Assembly: GCA_028686295.1 (NCBI GenBank)
Contig: JAQUCI010000001.1
Location: 1 to 37,298 of the forward strand
From: Erysipelotrichaceae bacterium
GTDB taxonomy: Bacteria; Bacillota_I; Bacilli_A; Erysipelotrichales; Erysipelotrichaceae
DNA: 37,298 nucleotides
Direction of reading: 5' to 3'
The first letter of the stretch is position 1, and each line of letters begins with the position of its first letter. Made by a program: the position numbers and the translations under genes. Shown in pieces: positions 18,828 to 27,972 of this stretch. The notes beneath the pieces were generated by a model. The model worked only from the letters and a program-made list of their open reading frames with translations. It did not search any database and had not been told where the DNA came from.

Positions 18828-19700
18828 TTATTCTCCTTTAAAGATAAAAGTCAATTTAAGACCAGTATTCCATTGGGCGATACTATCATTAAGATCAACT
18901 AGTTCATCATTCACATAGATTTGATTTCCGTTCATTCCACCAAGATTGATCAATACCTCCCCATCATTTTTAGCAGCATATAAAATTTCGATAAATGAGC
19001 CATCTTTATAGATCTTACTAGCAGGATTATCACTTACCACACCATCATAAGATATTTTTACCCAAGTATCTCTACCAAAAATAATCTTAATCGCAACCGT
19101 TTCATTATCTGCATAACCAGTAAGCTGAAAAGTTCGATCATCTAAGTTAGTAATCTTTATATCGGTCTCTTCAACCATTACCTCATCTTCTTCATCATTT
19201 TTCTCTTCATCAACAGGTTCAACGATGGGATCTGGATGAACAAATTCTGGTTCTTCTTTAAACCAATTGGGAAAAATATAGATAATAAAAACACTTATCA
19301 ACGTTATAGCTAGTATTATTACGACAACAAAAAGTGATAAGATTGGTAGATCAAATTTCTTGTTTAATTTTGTTTTAATATCATGAAGTTCTGCTTTACG
19401 TTTAATCGATTTATCCATTTGTTCAATCGATTCAAGTTTTTTTAAGCGCTTTGTTTCATGAAATTCATCAATATGATGATCAAGTTCTGTTCGGATATCT
19501 TCAAAATCTATATTTAATGTATTGCAATAAAATCGAATATAATAGCGCAAATATGAAATATCATTACTGAAAAACGCAATGTCACCATTTTCGATAGCTT
19601 GTAAGCGATCAACAGCAATACGAGTCCGATAACTCATTTCATCTAAAGATACGCCTAATCCTTCGCGAGCTAAACGAAGTTTTTCTCCAACATCCTTCAT
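18828..19700 (-). CDS. rodZ: RodZ-like cytoskeleton protein (HTH + TM + C-terminal beta domain)
   Basis: N-terminal XRE-like HTH (GEKLRLAREGLGVSLDEMSYRTRI), central TM helix, acidic linker and C-terminal domain; sits upstream of pgsA like B. subtilis ymfM/rodZ. Confidence 0.7.
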   Translation of the reverse strand: MKDVGEKLRLAREGLGVSLDEMSYRTRIAVDRLQAIENGDIAFFSNDISYLRYYIRFYCNTLNIDFEDIRTELDHHIDEFHETKRLKKLESIEQMDKSIKRKAELHDIKTKLNKKFDLPILSLFVVVIILAITLISVFIIYIFPNWFKEEPEFVHPDPIVEPVDEEKNDEEDEVMVEETDIKITNLDDRTFQLTGYADNETVAIKIIFGRDTWVKISYDGVVSDNPASKIYKDGSFIEILYAAKNDGEVLINLGGMNGNQIYVNDELVDLNDSIAQWNTGLKLTFIFKGE

Positions 19701-19722
19701 TCTACACTACCTTTCTCAATGT

Positions 19723-19731
19723 ATTATAACA
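19723..19731 (-). promoter_or_regulatory. extended -10 element TGTTATAAT upstream of rodZ
   Basis: Minus-strand TGTTATAAT 22 nt upstream of ATG 19700; GAAAGG RBS in between. Confidence 0.4.
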
Positions 19732-19778
19732 AACTAGATAATCATTGTAAAACATTTAAAAAGTGCTCTATTAAAAGC

Positions 19779-19801
19779 AAAAAAAGGAATTTTCATTCCT
19801 T
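19779..19801 (-). terminator. rho-independent terminator after rnpB
   Basis: Minus strand: AAGGAAT-GAAA-ATTCCTT followed by TTTTT. Confidence 0.7.
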
Positions 19802-19803
19802 TT

Positions 19804-20157
19804 AATGACACTATGTAAGCCATGTTCTGTTCTTATTTTCATAAGTGGTAATCATTTATCTACACCAATGGTGTTTTGTGATCATTTCATTTGACGATCA
19901 TCAAATTCCCCTACCAAATTTGGGTTTCTCGCTTGCGGGGTTTACCTCGTTCCACTCTATTAGTTTCCCAATAGACTACGTCACTGTGGCACTTTTATAG
20001 ATCTTATCCGTAGTTTCCCTTAGGAGTTGATCAGCCGTCAGTTTTCACTGCCAAGATTTATCGTTTCATCTTGCACAAACACTACTATCATCGCAGATAG
20101 TGCGAGCATGGACTTTCCTCTACTTGATCAACAAGCAGCGATTACCCTAGTGTCATT
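19804..20157 (-). ncRNA. rnpB: RNase P RNA, bacterial type B
   Basis: The reverse complement contains the universal and type-B blocks GAGGAAAGTCCATGCTCGCA, AGTGCCACAGTGACG, GTGGAACGAGGTAAACCCCGCAAGCGAGAAACCCAAAT and ACAGAACATGGCTTACA. P1 is formed by AATGACACTA (5') and TAGTGTCATT (3'). No ORF covers the region and it is locally GC-richer. Confidence 0.92.
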
Positions 20158-20485
20158 ACTCATCGATCGATCTTTTACTTATATCAAGCAACGATTCTAA
20201 TCGAGATAGTCTTTTTAGGATATCCGAAGCATTTGCCGGAGTAGATTCCTCTTTGAATTTTACTTTGGCTTCAAGTTCAATGATATATGATTTCAGTGCT
20301 GCATTATTTTGCTTAAGTAAGGACATCTCATTCTCATATGTTATCATCAATTCATCAAATATCTTATAGTCTTTAATAATGTCATCAAGAAAACTATCTA
20401 CTTCTTCTGCGGCATAACCTTTAAATTCTACTGCAAACGCTTTATCATAAATTGATCTTACGCTATGAGTTAGTTTTTCTTTCAT
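20156..20485 (-). CDS. gpsB: cell-cycle protein GpsB (DivIVA-domain)
   Basis: MKEKLTHSVRSIYDKAFAVEFKGYAAEEVDSFLDDIIKDYKIF matches the GpsB/DivIVA N-terminal domain, followed by a coiled coil. Start trimmed to the ATG at 20485 (GGGTG 6 nt upstream). Confidence 0.8.
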   Translation of the reverse strand: MKEKLTHSVRSIYDKAFAVEFKGYAAEEVDSFLDDIIKDYKIFDELMITYENEMSLLKQNNAALKSYIIELEAKVKFKEESTPANASDILKRLSRLESLLDISKRSIDE

Positions 20486-20605
20486 GATCATCACCCATGA
20501 TATTGTCGCAAATATCCAGATAAATTGCAAGTTTTATAATTTACTTTATTAATTATTAAGACCATCTTAAGATTATTATCATAGTAGGCATTTTATCTTG
20601 CTTTA

Positions 20606-20635
20606 TTGTACTTTATCTTAAATATTGTATATAAT
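20606..20635 (+). promoter_or_regulatory. candidate sigma-A promoter of recU-ponA
   Basis: TTGTAC (20606-20611), 18-nt spacer, TATAAT (20630-20635), 16 nt before the recU ATG region. Confidence 0.35.
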
Positions 20636-20651
20636 GATACGGGTGATATCG

Positions 20652-21230
20652 ATGGTCAATTATCCTACACCAAAAATCAATTCAGGTGTGAGTAATAACA
20701 CTAAATCTATCAAAACACAACACGGTAAACGTGGTATGTGTTTAGAAGATGATCTAAATGTGACTAACAAATATTACCTCGATACATCTAAAGCCGTTAT
20801 CCATAAAAAGCCGACTCCGATCCAGATCGTTAAAGTCGACTATGTAACTCGTAGTACTGCAAAAATAACAGAAGCATATTTTCGTAAACCTAGTACTACT
20901 GATTATAATGGTGTATATCGACAAAAAGCGATTGATTTTGAAGCCAAAGAAACTGCATCAATGAATTCATTTCCGCTCAAATCGATTCATAAACACCAAT
21001 TAGATCATCTTGAAAATGTCATAAAGCATGGCTGTCTTGCTTTTGTGATAATTAGATTTACGGCTTATGATCAAACTTTTTTGGTTAAGGCAAAAGATGT
21101 GATTGAGTTGTCTAAAGGATCAAAAAGATCTATACCTTATAAGTGGTTCTTACGATTCGCATATCTTATCCCTTTTGGCCTAACGCCACCTGTTGATTAT
21201 CTTAAGATAATTGACGATCTCTATTTTTAA
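20652..21230 (+). CDS. recU: Holliday junction resolvase RecU
   Basis: GKRGMCLEDDLNVTNKYYL, IHKKPTPIQIVKVDY, DYNGVYRQKAIDFEAKET match RecU; upstream of ponA as in Bacillus. Start trimmed to ATG 20652 (GGGTGA RBS); the track start is a TTG inside the promoter. Confidence 0.85.
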   Translation: MVNYPTPKINSGVSNNTKSIKTQHGKRGMCLEDDLNVTNKYYLDTSKAVIHKKPTPIQIVKVDYVTRSTAKITEAYFRKPSTTDYNGVYRQKAIDFEAKETASMNSFPLKSIHKHQLDHLENVIKHGCLAFVIIRFTAYDQTFLVKAKDVIELSKGSKRSIPYKWFLRFAYLIPFGLTPPVDYLKIIDDLYF

Positions 21231-21241
21231 AGGAGAACTAA

Positions 21242-24200
21242 ATGAAAAAAATTGATTTGAAGAATATATTTAACAAAGATAAAAAAAATTTACCAAAGAA
21301 AAAATTTAGTCTAAAAAAGTTGTTTTTAAATATTATCATCACTATACTAGCTATCGGATTGATCGGTGGTATTGGTTCTTTGATCTATTTAAAGATTACA
21401 ATCGATAAAGCCCCTGAATTTAATATCAGTGACTTTGAGAATGTCGAATCCACAAGAATATTTGATGCCGAAGGAAATCTAATCGCTGATGTTGGACTTG
21501 TAAGTCGGGAAAACGTTAGTTATGAAGATATGCCACAGTCGTTAATCGATGCTTTTATAGCAATTGAGGATTCTCGTTTCTTTGAACATAATGGTTTTGA
21601 TTTACCGCGTTTCGCTAAATCACTCATTGAAAACATAAAGACTTTAAGTTTCTCCCAAGGAGCATCAACTCTTTCAATGCAATTGATCAGATCAATTTAT
21701 TTCACGGATGATGCTACCCAAACAAGTCGAGTAAAATCTATTGAATATAAGATTCAACAAATTTATCTAGCAATAAAAGCCGAAGAAGAATTAAGTAAAA
21801 AACGCATATTTGAGCTTTATGTCAATCGAATAAATTTTGGTGCTGCTACAACACGTGGAATCAAAGGTGCTGCTCAATATTATTTTGGTAAAGAAGTTAG
21901 TGAATTAACTTTAAGCGAATCTGCTTACCTAGCAGGAGTCATTAACGCCCCAAACTATTTCAATGCCTATAAAAACCTTGATGTCGCAACCGAGCGACGC
22001 AACACAGTATTATTAATGATGTTAAAACATGGTTATATAAGCGAAAGCGAATACGAACTTACCAAAAATATCAAATTAGAAGATCAACTAGTAGGTGTTA
22101 ATATCGTCGGTGATAAATATATGTCATATATCAATACTGTTGTCGATGAAGTTATCGAATTGACAGGCAAAGATCCTTATACGACCAAGATGAATATCTA
22201 TACTTACATGGACCGAGAAACACAGGATATGATCGAAGCCATCCAAGATGGTGAGACGATCGTCGAGTGGCCAGATGATCTAATGCAAGTCGCTATCGTT
22301 TCTATGGATAATCGAACTGGTGCCATCGTTGGCATCGGTGGTGGTCGAAGTGACATAGTTGCTAAAGGATTTAATCGAGCAACCGATATGCTAAAACAAC
22401 CGGGTTCAGCGGTTAAACCCTTTCTATCATATGCTTTAGCCTTTGAATATCTAGGTTGGGCAACTACCCATCCCCTTGAAGATAAACCTGTAACCTATCG
22501 TGGAACAGGTATACAATTAAAGAATTTTGATGGAACATATAAAGGGCAAGTCCTTTTAGATTATGCAGTCGGAGTATCATTAAATATTCCTGCCTATTTA
22601 ACTTTAGAAAAAGTAGTAGATACTATTGGTACTAAGAAAATTGTTGAATATTTAAACTCACTTGGATTTGATCAAGTTACTACCGATAATTTTGATTTAG
22701 GTTATGCAATCGGTGGTTCAACATTTGAGGTATCAGTAGATCAAATGGCTGCAGCACACAGTGCTATGATCAACGGTGGTAATTATGTGACCCCTCACAC
22801 GGTAAGTCGTATTGAATTTAGTGATGGATCTGATCCATATACGCCAAATTATGCATCAGTTAGTGTTCTATCAGCTGAAGCCGCTTATCTAGCAACTGAT
22901 ATAATGGAACAAAATGTTAGCGTCAATTATGGTAATTATATGCAAATACTAAAAAGAAGTTATGAAGTATATGCCAAAACAGGAACTACTAACTATGATG
23001 ACAGTTTCGTGAATTTTGGAATACCAAATGGTGCAGCTAAAGATAAGTGGATGATCGCTTCTAGTAGTAAATATACAACAGCCGTGTGGATTGGTTATGA
23101 CGCCGCTGTCGATGGTAAAGGTACATATATAAGTGGAAGTAAGAGTGCATTAAATATCCCAGGAAAGATAAATAGCCTTTTACTTGATACTTTAAATCGT
23201 GAGAAACCTTCTAATGTTAAAAGACCTCAAAACATCGTTGATATAACGCATGTAAAAGGTGTATACCCCTACGCTACGCCAATTGATGGAATGAATCCTG
23301 AACTGATAGTTACTGGACTCATTAATCGTAAAAACTTGAATTTAGTACCTTTAACTATTCCAAACTTAAGTGCTTTATCTACATTTACGGCAACCTTAAA
23401 AGATGTTCAAGATGGAAAAGCTATCATAACCTTAAATTGGGCAAGTTATCCTGATCCTTCACAATTGAGTTTAAGCGATAATGTTTTGGATATAAGTACC
23501 GATATCTATGATCCAAAAACAGGAAAGACTACCCATGTTGCAGCAAACGGAACGAAACTATACGACCCAACTTGGGTATTCGGCATTGTCCAATATAAGG
23601 CAAGCATCAATGGTAATGAAGTTGTTGCCACTTCTAATTCACAACAAGAGATTACCGTAGACCTTGATGCAAGTGGTACTATTGAAGCCTGTGGTTATTA
23701 TGCTTATCAGTCTGGTTCTGGTAAAAGTAATGAGATATGTCAAACGGTTGGTTTAGATATTGATATACCTGAAGCTTCTGATCTTGATACAATTGAAGAA
23801 GTTAATGATTTCATGGAAACATATGGTATTGATAATAGTAGTTGGACTTTTGTGATCGACGATACTGCAATCATGTCCATAGATAATGTTTTAAGCCAAT
23901 ATGGCAGTGTTACTTCATTTAAAACAAGTTCTGATGAAGATATTCGTGGTACTACTCTTGCTTTATCAGACCTACTTGCGACAACCGTAACGATTAAATA
24001 CAAAGGTTTAGTGAACCTTCCTAATTTTACTTCAAAGAACGATGTTCCTACGATAACTGCAAAGCTAGGAGTTGAAGATGGCATGTGGCAATTGATAGCG
24101 GGTGGCAATAGCCTAGATACCCTTAATCGAATTTTGTCATTTAACCCATCTGATCCTAGAAATACGGTAATTAGTGTAGCAAGTCTTAGAAATACCGCTT

Positions 24201-24433
24201 ATCAAATAACTTATTTCGATCCAATATTGGATTTGACGGATACAACTACTGTCGCTGATGTTTTGAGTTACACGACAAAATACGGAATTACAATCACCAA
24301 TAGCGCTGAACTGACTGACACGACAAAATTAGTTGCTAATATTACTATGGGCACTACTACATTTGATTCAGTAAACGATCCAAGATATTCACTTATAACC
24401 AGTGATATAACTGTAAATGTCGTTAATCCATAA
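21242..24433 (+). CDS. ponA: class A penicillin-binding protein (PBP1A type: glycosyltransferase + transpeptidase) with a long C-terminal extension
   Basis: TM anchor; GT51 motifs EDSRFFEHNGFD and GASTLSMQL; transpeptidase SAVK (SxxK), SLN (SxN), KTGTT (KTG); about 410 extra residues after the transpeptidase domain. Confidence 0.9.
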   Translation: MKKIDLKNIFNKDKKNLPKKKFSLKKLFLNIIITILAIGLIGGIGSLIYLKITIDKAPEFNISDFENVESTRIFDAEGNLIADVGLVSRENVSYEDMPQSLIDAFIAIEDSRFFEHNGFDLPRFAKSLIENIKTLSFSQGASTLSMQLIRSIYFTDDATQTSRVKSIEYKIQQIYLAIKAEEELSKKRIFELYVNRINFGAATTRGIKGAAQYYFGKEVSELTLSESAYLAGVINAPNYFNAYKNLDVATERRNTVLLMMLKHGYISESEYELTKNIKLEDQLVGVNIVGDKYMSYINTVVDEVIELTGKDPYTTKMNIYTYMDRETQDMIEAIQDGETIVEWPDDLMQVAIVSMDNRTGAIVGIGGGRSDIVAKGFNRATDMLKQPGSAVKPFLSYALAFEYLGWATTHPLEDKPVTYRGTGIQLKNFDGTYKGQVLLDYAVGVSLNIPAYLTLEKVVDTIGTKKIVEYLNSLGFDQVTTDNFDLGYAIGGSTFEVSVDQMAAAHSAMINGGNYVTPHTVSRIEFSDGSDPYTPNYASVSVLSAEAAYLATDIMEQNVSVNYGNYMQILKRSYEVYAKTGTTNYDDSFVNFGIPNGAAKDKWMIASSSKYTTAVWIGYDAAVDGKGTYISGSKSALNIPGKINSLLLDTLNREKPSNVKRPQNIVDITHVKGVYPYATPIDGMNPELIVTGLINRKNLNLVPLTIPNLSALSTFTATLKDVQDGKAIITLNWASYPDPSQLSLSDNVLDISTDIYDPKTGKTTHVAANGTKLYDPTWVFGIVQYKASINGNEVVATSNSQQEITVDLDASGTIEACGYYAYQSGSGKSNEICQTVGLDIDIPEASDLDTIEEVNDFMETYGIDNSSWTFVIDDTAIMSIDNVLSQYGSVTSFKTSSDEDIRGTTLALSDLLATTVTIKYKGLVNLPNFTSKNDVPTITAKLGVEDGMWQLIAGGNSLDTLNRILSFNPSDPRNTVISVASLRNTAYQITYFDPILDLTDTTTVADVLSYTTKYGITITNSAELTDTTKLVANITMGTTTFDSVNDPRYSLITSDITVNVVNP

Positions 24434-24440
24434 TTAAAAG

Positions 24441-24466
24441 GATGCTCAATCAAGAGCATCTTTTTT
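24441..24466. terminator. hairpin terminator between convergent ponA and nth
   Basis: GATGCTC-AATCAA-GAGCATC followed by TTTTTT on the plus strand; the hairpin overlaps the last codons of nth. Confidence 0.6.
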
Positions 24467-25069
24467 ACATATTGATGTAAATGGACAACTTTCACATTTT
24501 GGCTTTTTCGCATGGCAGTGATAGCGACCAAAAAAGATTAATAAATGGTGTAAACTATGCCACTTTCCTTTATCAAATCTTTCCATTAGATTTCTTTCAA
24601 CAGTGATCAATGAGGCATTTTTTTCGGCATACCCCAATCTTAAAGCCACGCGATAAACATGTGTATCAACAGCTATCGTGGCTTCATTGAAACATTCAGA
24701 ACGAATCACATTTGCACTTTTGCGTCCAATACCAGGTAAAGACATCAAAACTTCTTGATCATTAATGATCTTACCATCAAATTTTGATGCTACAATCTTT
24801 GCCATAGCAATCAAATTTTTTGCTTTATTGTGATACAACCCTATTGTTTTTATGATACTTTTTAAATTATCTATATCTGCACTTGCTAATGCAAAGACAT
24901 TAGGATACTGATCAAAGAGGTTGATCGTTACCTTATTTACTGCAATATCAGTTGTTTGTGCAGATAGCATCACAGCGACAGTTAATTGATATGGATCCTT
25001 ATAATTCAATTCACATTGAGCGTTCGGAAACATTTCTTGTAGCTTATTAAAAATTTGATCATCATTCAT
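24446..25069 (-). CDS. nth: endonuclease III
   Basis: HhH motif LMSLPGIGRKSANVI, VDTHVYRV, and Fe-S cluster loop CHAKKPKCESCPFTSIC. Start trimmed to MNDDQIF (ATG 25069), giving an 8-nt ATGAATGA overlap with the dnaD stop. Confidence 0.9.
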   Translation of the reverse strand: MNDDQIFNKLQEMFPNAQCELNYKDPYQLTVAVMLSAQTTDIAVNKVTINLFDQYPNVFALASADIDNLKSIIKTIGLYHNKAKNLIAMAKIVASKFDGKIINDQEVLMSLPGIGRKSANVIRSECFNEATIAVDTHVYRVALRLGYAEKNASLITVERNLMERFDKGKWHSLHHLLIFFGRYHCHAKKPKCESCPFTSICKKDALD

Positions 25070-25568
25070 TTTCAATGCTCTTTTTATTCTTAAGGACATT
25101 ATGAATATAGTTTAAATTCTTTTTTTGATAAATGATCGCTTCTCTTAACGCCTCAATGATCATTTGTTGATCATATGTATGTAGCCAATCATTTATCCTT
25201 CTTATATCGCTCTCACTTAACACCTTTCCTAGCTCACTCTCAAACAACTCATAGATTGAAGATGAATCAATCTGTGGAGCATTGTTATCTTCAAATAACC
25301 CATCCAAAGTAAAAATAACATGTTTGTTAACAACTTTAATATCAAGATATCCCTTAGTTCTAAGACTATTAATCATGTCATCGATAACATCTACTTTTTG
25401 ATTTGTCTTATCACATAAGATATTCAAAGATAACTCCATATTGTGTTCATTATGGTGGTCAATCATCATTAATAAGGCTACCTCATTTAAATCTAAATTT
25501 AAAAAAGACATGTTTTCCAGCAACCATATTTTTTTATCAAACCATGATTTATTCCAGTATTTTTCCAT
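25062..25568 (-). CDS. dnaD: DnaD-domain replication initiation/primosome protein
   Basis: 168 aa; C-terminal DnaB_2/DnaD-type segment (FESELGKVLSESDIRRINDWL...IIEALREAIIYQKKNLNYIHNVLKN); sits upstream of nth as in B. subtilis. Confidence 0.7.
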   Translation of the reverse strand: MEKYWNKSWFDKKIWLLENMSFLNLDLNEVALLMMIDHHNEHNMELSLNILCDKTNQKVDVIDDMINSLRTKGYLDIKVVNKHVIFTLDGLFEDNNAPQIDSSSIYELFESELGKVLSESDIRRINDWLHTYDQQMIIEALREAIIYQKKNLNYIHNVLKNKKSIENE

Positions 25569-25570
25569 AT

Positions 25571-26029
25571 TTAACTCCTTTGATAATTCCTCATTAGTGA
25601 CATATCATCATAATTGATAATTAATTCAAACTTATCATCTTCAAGAACATAAACCGGAGTATCATGATAATAGCCTAATTTCACTGATGGATCATTTAGG
25701 TCATAACTTATCACATATATACTTAATAGTTGCTCAAGATCAAGTGTATCAATTGCTCTAACAGCCATCAGGTTTCCTACTTTATCAAAATAAACATATT
25801 CATCATCACATAACGCTACATAGTAGATTTTATCATCTGCAAATCGTGATATCAGATTACATCCAGACTTTTGGCTTTTTTCTTCCATTATATCAATCAC
25901 CTGTTGATCAAACACTTTATCAAGTAAAGTTGGTGTTCCAAAAAAGTAACTAATATTAAATACAATGATAAATATCAAAGTTAACAATAATAATAACGTG
26001 ATAAATATTTTTAAAACAATTTTATTCAT
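25571..26029 (-). CDS. membrane-anchored extracytoplasmic protein, possibly YpmB/TseB-like (PepSY-type)
   Basis: N-terminal TM helix then about 110 aa of soluble domain; sits 2 nt upstream of dnaD. Start trimmed to MNKIVLK (ATG 26029) because a TGTTATAAT promoter element lies inside the longer track ORF. The family assignment rests only on size, topology and loose synteny. Confidence 0.4.
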   Translation of the reverse strand: MNKIVLKIFITLLLLLTLIFIIVFNISYFFGTPTLLDKVFDQQVIDIMEEKSQKSGCNLISRFADDKIYYVALCDDEYVYFDKVGNLMAVRAIDTLDLEQLLSIYVISYDLNDPSVKLGYYHDTPVYVLEDDKFELIINYDDMSLMRNYQRS

Positions 26030-26050
26030 AAACACCCGTTTCCTGTTTTG

Positions 26051-26059
26051 ATTATAACA
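26051..26059 (-). promoter_or_regulatory. extended -10 element TGTTATAAT
   Basis: Minus-strand TGTTATAAT about 22 nt upstream of ATG 26029. Confidence 0.45.
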
Positions 26060-26116
26060 AATTTGCATTAAGAAGTGAAAGATGATAAAGTTTTTCTGTA
26101 TTGATTTGGAGGCTAC

Positions 26117-26656
26117 ATGAACAAACAGTTAACAAGGATCATTTTTACTGTAATATTCACAATTTGCTTCGGTATCGCTGCTTACTTTTACTTTCAACCA
26201 AAACAAGCAGCACTAGTTGCAGATAACATGATTAATCTTAAAAATAACAAATTAACATATTTAAATATTAACGAACACATCTTAGCAGACGAACAGATAC
26301 ATTATCTATGGCTTTGTGATATAAACGATAATGATTGCATCTATGTCAGAGATTATGTCATAAAGCCACTAGTTAAAGAACTAAACGTTAATGAGATTAA
26401 CGATATTGAATATGTTGATTTTTATGAAGCACCAACTTCTAAGCATTATATGTATAACACTTGGGGTGTTGACAACTATCCTGCCTTTATAGCAGCACAA
26501 AATATCGATGGTAAGATCAGTGTTTTAAATAGTTTAGCTTGGGATAAGGACAACCCCTTTGATCAACAAGACTTAAAAACTTGGATGTACGATAATGGCA
26601 TATGGAATGGCGTTTATCAGGTAGAAGAAAAAATAGCACCGGCAATAAATAATTAG
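26117..26656 (+). CDS. membrane-anchored protein, possible thioredoxin-like fold with an atypical Cys pair
   Basis: 179 aa; TGGAGG RBS; N-terminal TM (IIFTVIFTICFGIAAYFYF); WLCDINDNDCIYV...YPAFIA pattern resembles WCxxC...cis-Pro of thioredoxin folds but with C-x6-C. Confidence 0.5.
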   Translation: MNKQLTRIIFTVIFTICFGIAAYFYFQPKQAALVADNMINLKNNKLTYLNINEHILADEQIHYLWLCDINDNDCIYVRDYVIKPLVKELNVNEINDIEYVDFYEAPTSKHYMYNTWGVDNYPAFIAAQNIDGKISVLNSLAWDKDNPFDQQDLKTWMYDNGIWNGVYQVEEKIAPAINN

Positions 26657-26672
26657 CCGGTGTTCATTTTTT
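26637..26672 (+). terminator. hairpin terminator overlapping the 3' end of the 26117-26656 gene
   Basis: CACCGGC-(12 nt loop)-GCCGGTG followed by TTCATTTTTT. Confidence 0.55.
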
Positions 26673-27281
26673 ATTGACATCATCATATCCCGATAACCGG
26701 TTGATCATTAAGGACAAAAAATATAAAAATGTTAATAATATCAATGACAATACTAAATACCAAGGTTTAGTAAAAGCATTGATAAATGATGAACCAAAAA
26801 GCGCCAAACCCAAAACCATTAACGCTTTACCAAATACGATCGTAATCATAAATTGCTTACGATCAAACCCAGCCAAGCCAAAACTAATATTGATTAAGAA
26901 ACTAGGAGTAAATGGGAAAATAACTAACAAGAATAATAAAACGATATTTTGCTTATTGACCCAACTCAGTAAGCGATCGATATTTCTTAACTTGATTATC
27001 TTAATTAACCAATTTTTATTTCTTAGATAACTAAAAAAACTAAAGACAACGATCGCACCTAAAACACTGCCAAACCATGAAAATATAAAACCATAAACAA
27101 AACCATGACTTGCAACGTTAAAAGCAACGATTGCAACAAGTGGCAACATCGGAAAAAAGGCCTCAACAAACGCTAATAAGATGGGTGGTAGAGGTCCAAA
27201 AGCGGCAAATTTTTCGAATAACTCTAACCAAAAATGATAATCAATAAATGTTTGATATAATGACTTAAAGAATTCAATCAT
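26664..27281 (-). CDS. TVP38/TMEM64 (DedA-superfamily, SNARE-associated) membrane protein
   Basis: Multi-TM protein with the VEAFFPMLPL... and FGKALMVLGL pattern typical of this family. Start trimmed to ATG 27281 (the track start is TTG), giving an 8-nt ATGATTGA overlap with the mtnN stop and GAGG 9 nt upstream. Confidence 0.65.
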   Translation of the reverse strand: MIEFFKSLYQTFIDYHFWLELFEKFAAFGPLPPILLAFVEAFFPMLPLVAIVAFNVASHGFVYGFIFSWFGSVLGAIVVFSFFSYLRNKNWLIKIIKLRNIDRLLSWVNKQNIVLLFLLVIFPFTPSFLINISFGLAGFDRKQFMITIVFGKALMVLGLALFGSSFINAFTKPWYLVLSLILLTFLYFLSLMINRLSGYDDVNKK

Positions 27282-27972
27282 TAAAAAGTGCCTCAATGAC
27301 AATACGAGTGTATTTAGCAGCTACATTACTAGCCTTTATTATCAACTGCTCATATGTTTCTTCACTTTTATCATTATCGACGATGTCACTTATCGTTCTA
27401 ATGATGAGAAAGGGTATATTTAAAAACGAGCAGATTTGAGCAATAGCACCGGCTTCCATATCAACACACAAAGCTTCTTTATATGTATCCTTGATATTTT
27501 CAATTTGATTTGACTGATAAACAAATTGATCACCTGTCACCATTGGGCCAAAAACAACTTTTTGCTCATTTAATAAACGTTTTTTTAATTTATCAAGCAA
27601 GATATTTGAGACCTCGAATGTATAGCGTGGATTAGCGAATCCCTTCATCTCATTAAAAGCTGTAAGATCAAAATCCCATTGTGCGACCTTATCGGCTATT
27701 ACAACATTTTCTAATGAAACCTCTTTATGTAAGCTCCCCGCAATGCCCACATTGATCACGATATCTGCTTTAAAATATGTGATTAAAATTGTCGTAGCCA
27801 TTGCTGCCTGTACTTTACCAACACCACTCTTGCAGACTATGATGTTCTGATCATTTAATATTCCTTTATAAATATGTATTTTATTATAGATTTCCTTTTC
27901 GGGATTATCTATCAAACTCAAGATTGCTTCAAGTTCTTCATCCATTGCAGTAATCATTCCGATTAGCTTCAT
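27274..27972 (-). CDS. mtnN: 5'-methylthioadenosine/S-adenosylhomocysteine nucleosidase
   Basis: MKLIGMITAMDEELE, KSGVGKVQAAMATT, DMEAGAIAQ motifs. Start trimmed to ATG 27972 (ATGA overlap with the upstream stop). Confidence 0.85.
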   Translation of the reverse strand: MKLIGMITAMDEELEAILSLIDNPEKEIYNKIHIYKGILNDQNIIVCKSGVGKVQAAMATTILITYFKADIVINVGIAGSLHKEVSLENVVIADKVAQWDFDLTAFNEMKGFANPRYTFEVSNILLDKLKKRLLNEQKVVFGPMVTGDQFVYQSNQIENIKDTYKEALCVDMEAGAIAQICSFLNIPFLIIRTISDIVDNDKSEETYEQLIIKASNVAAKYTRIVIEALFND

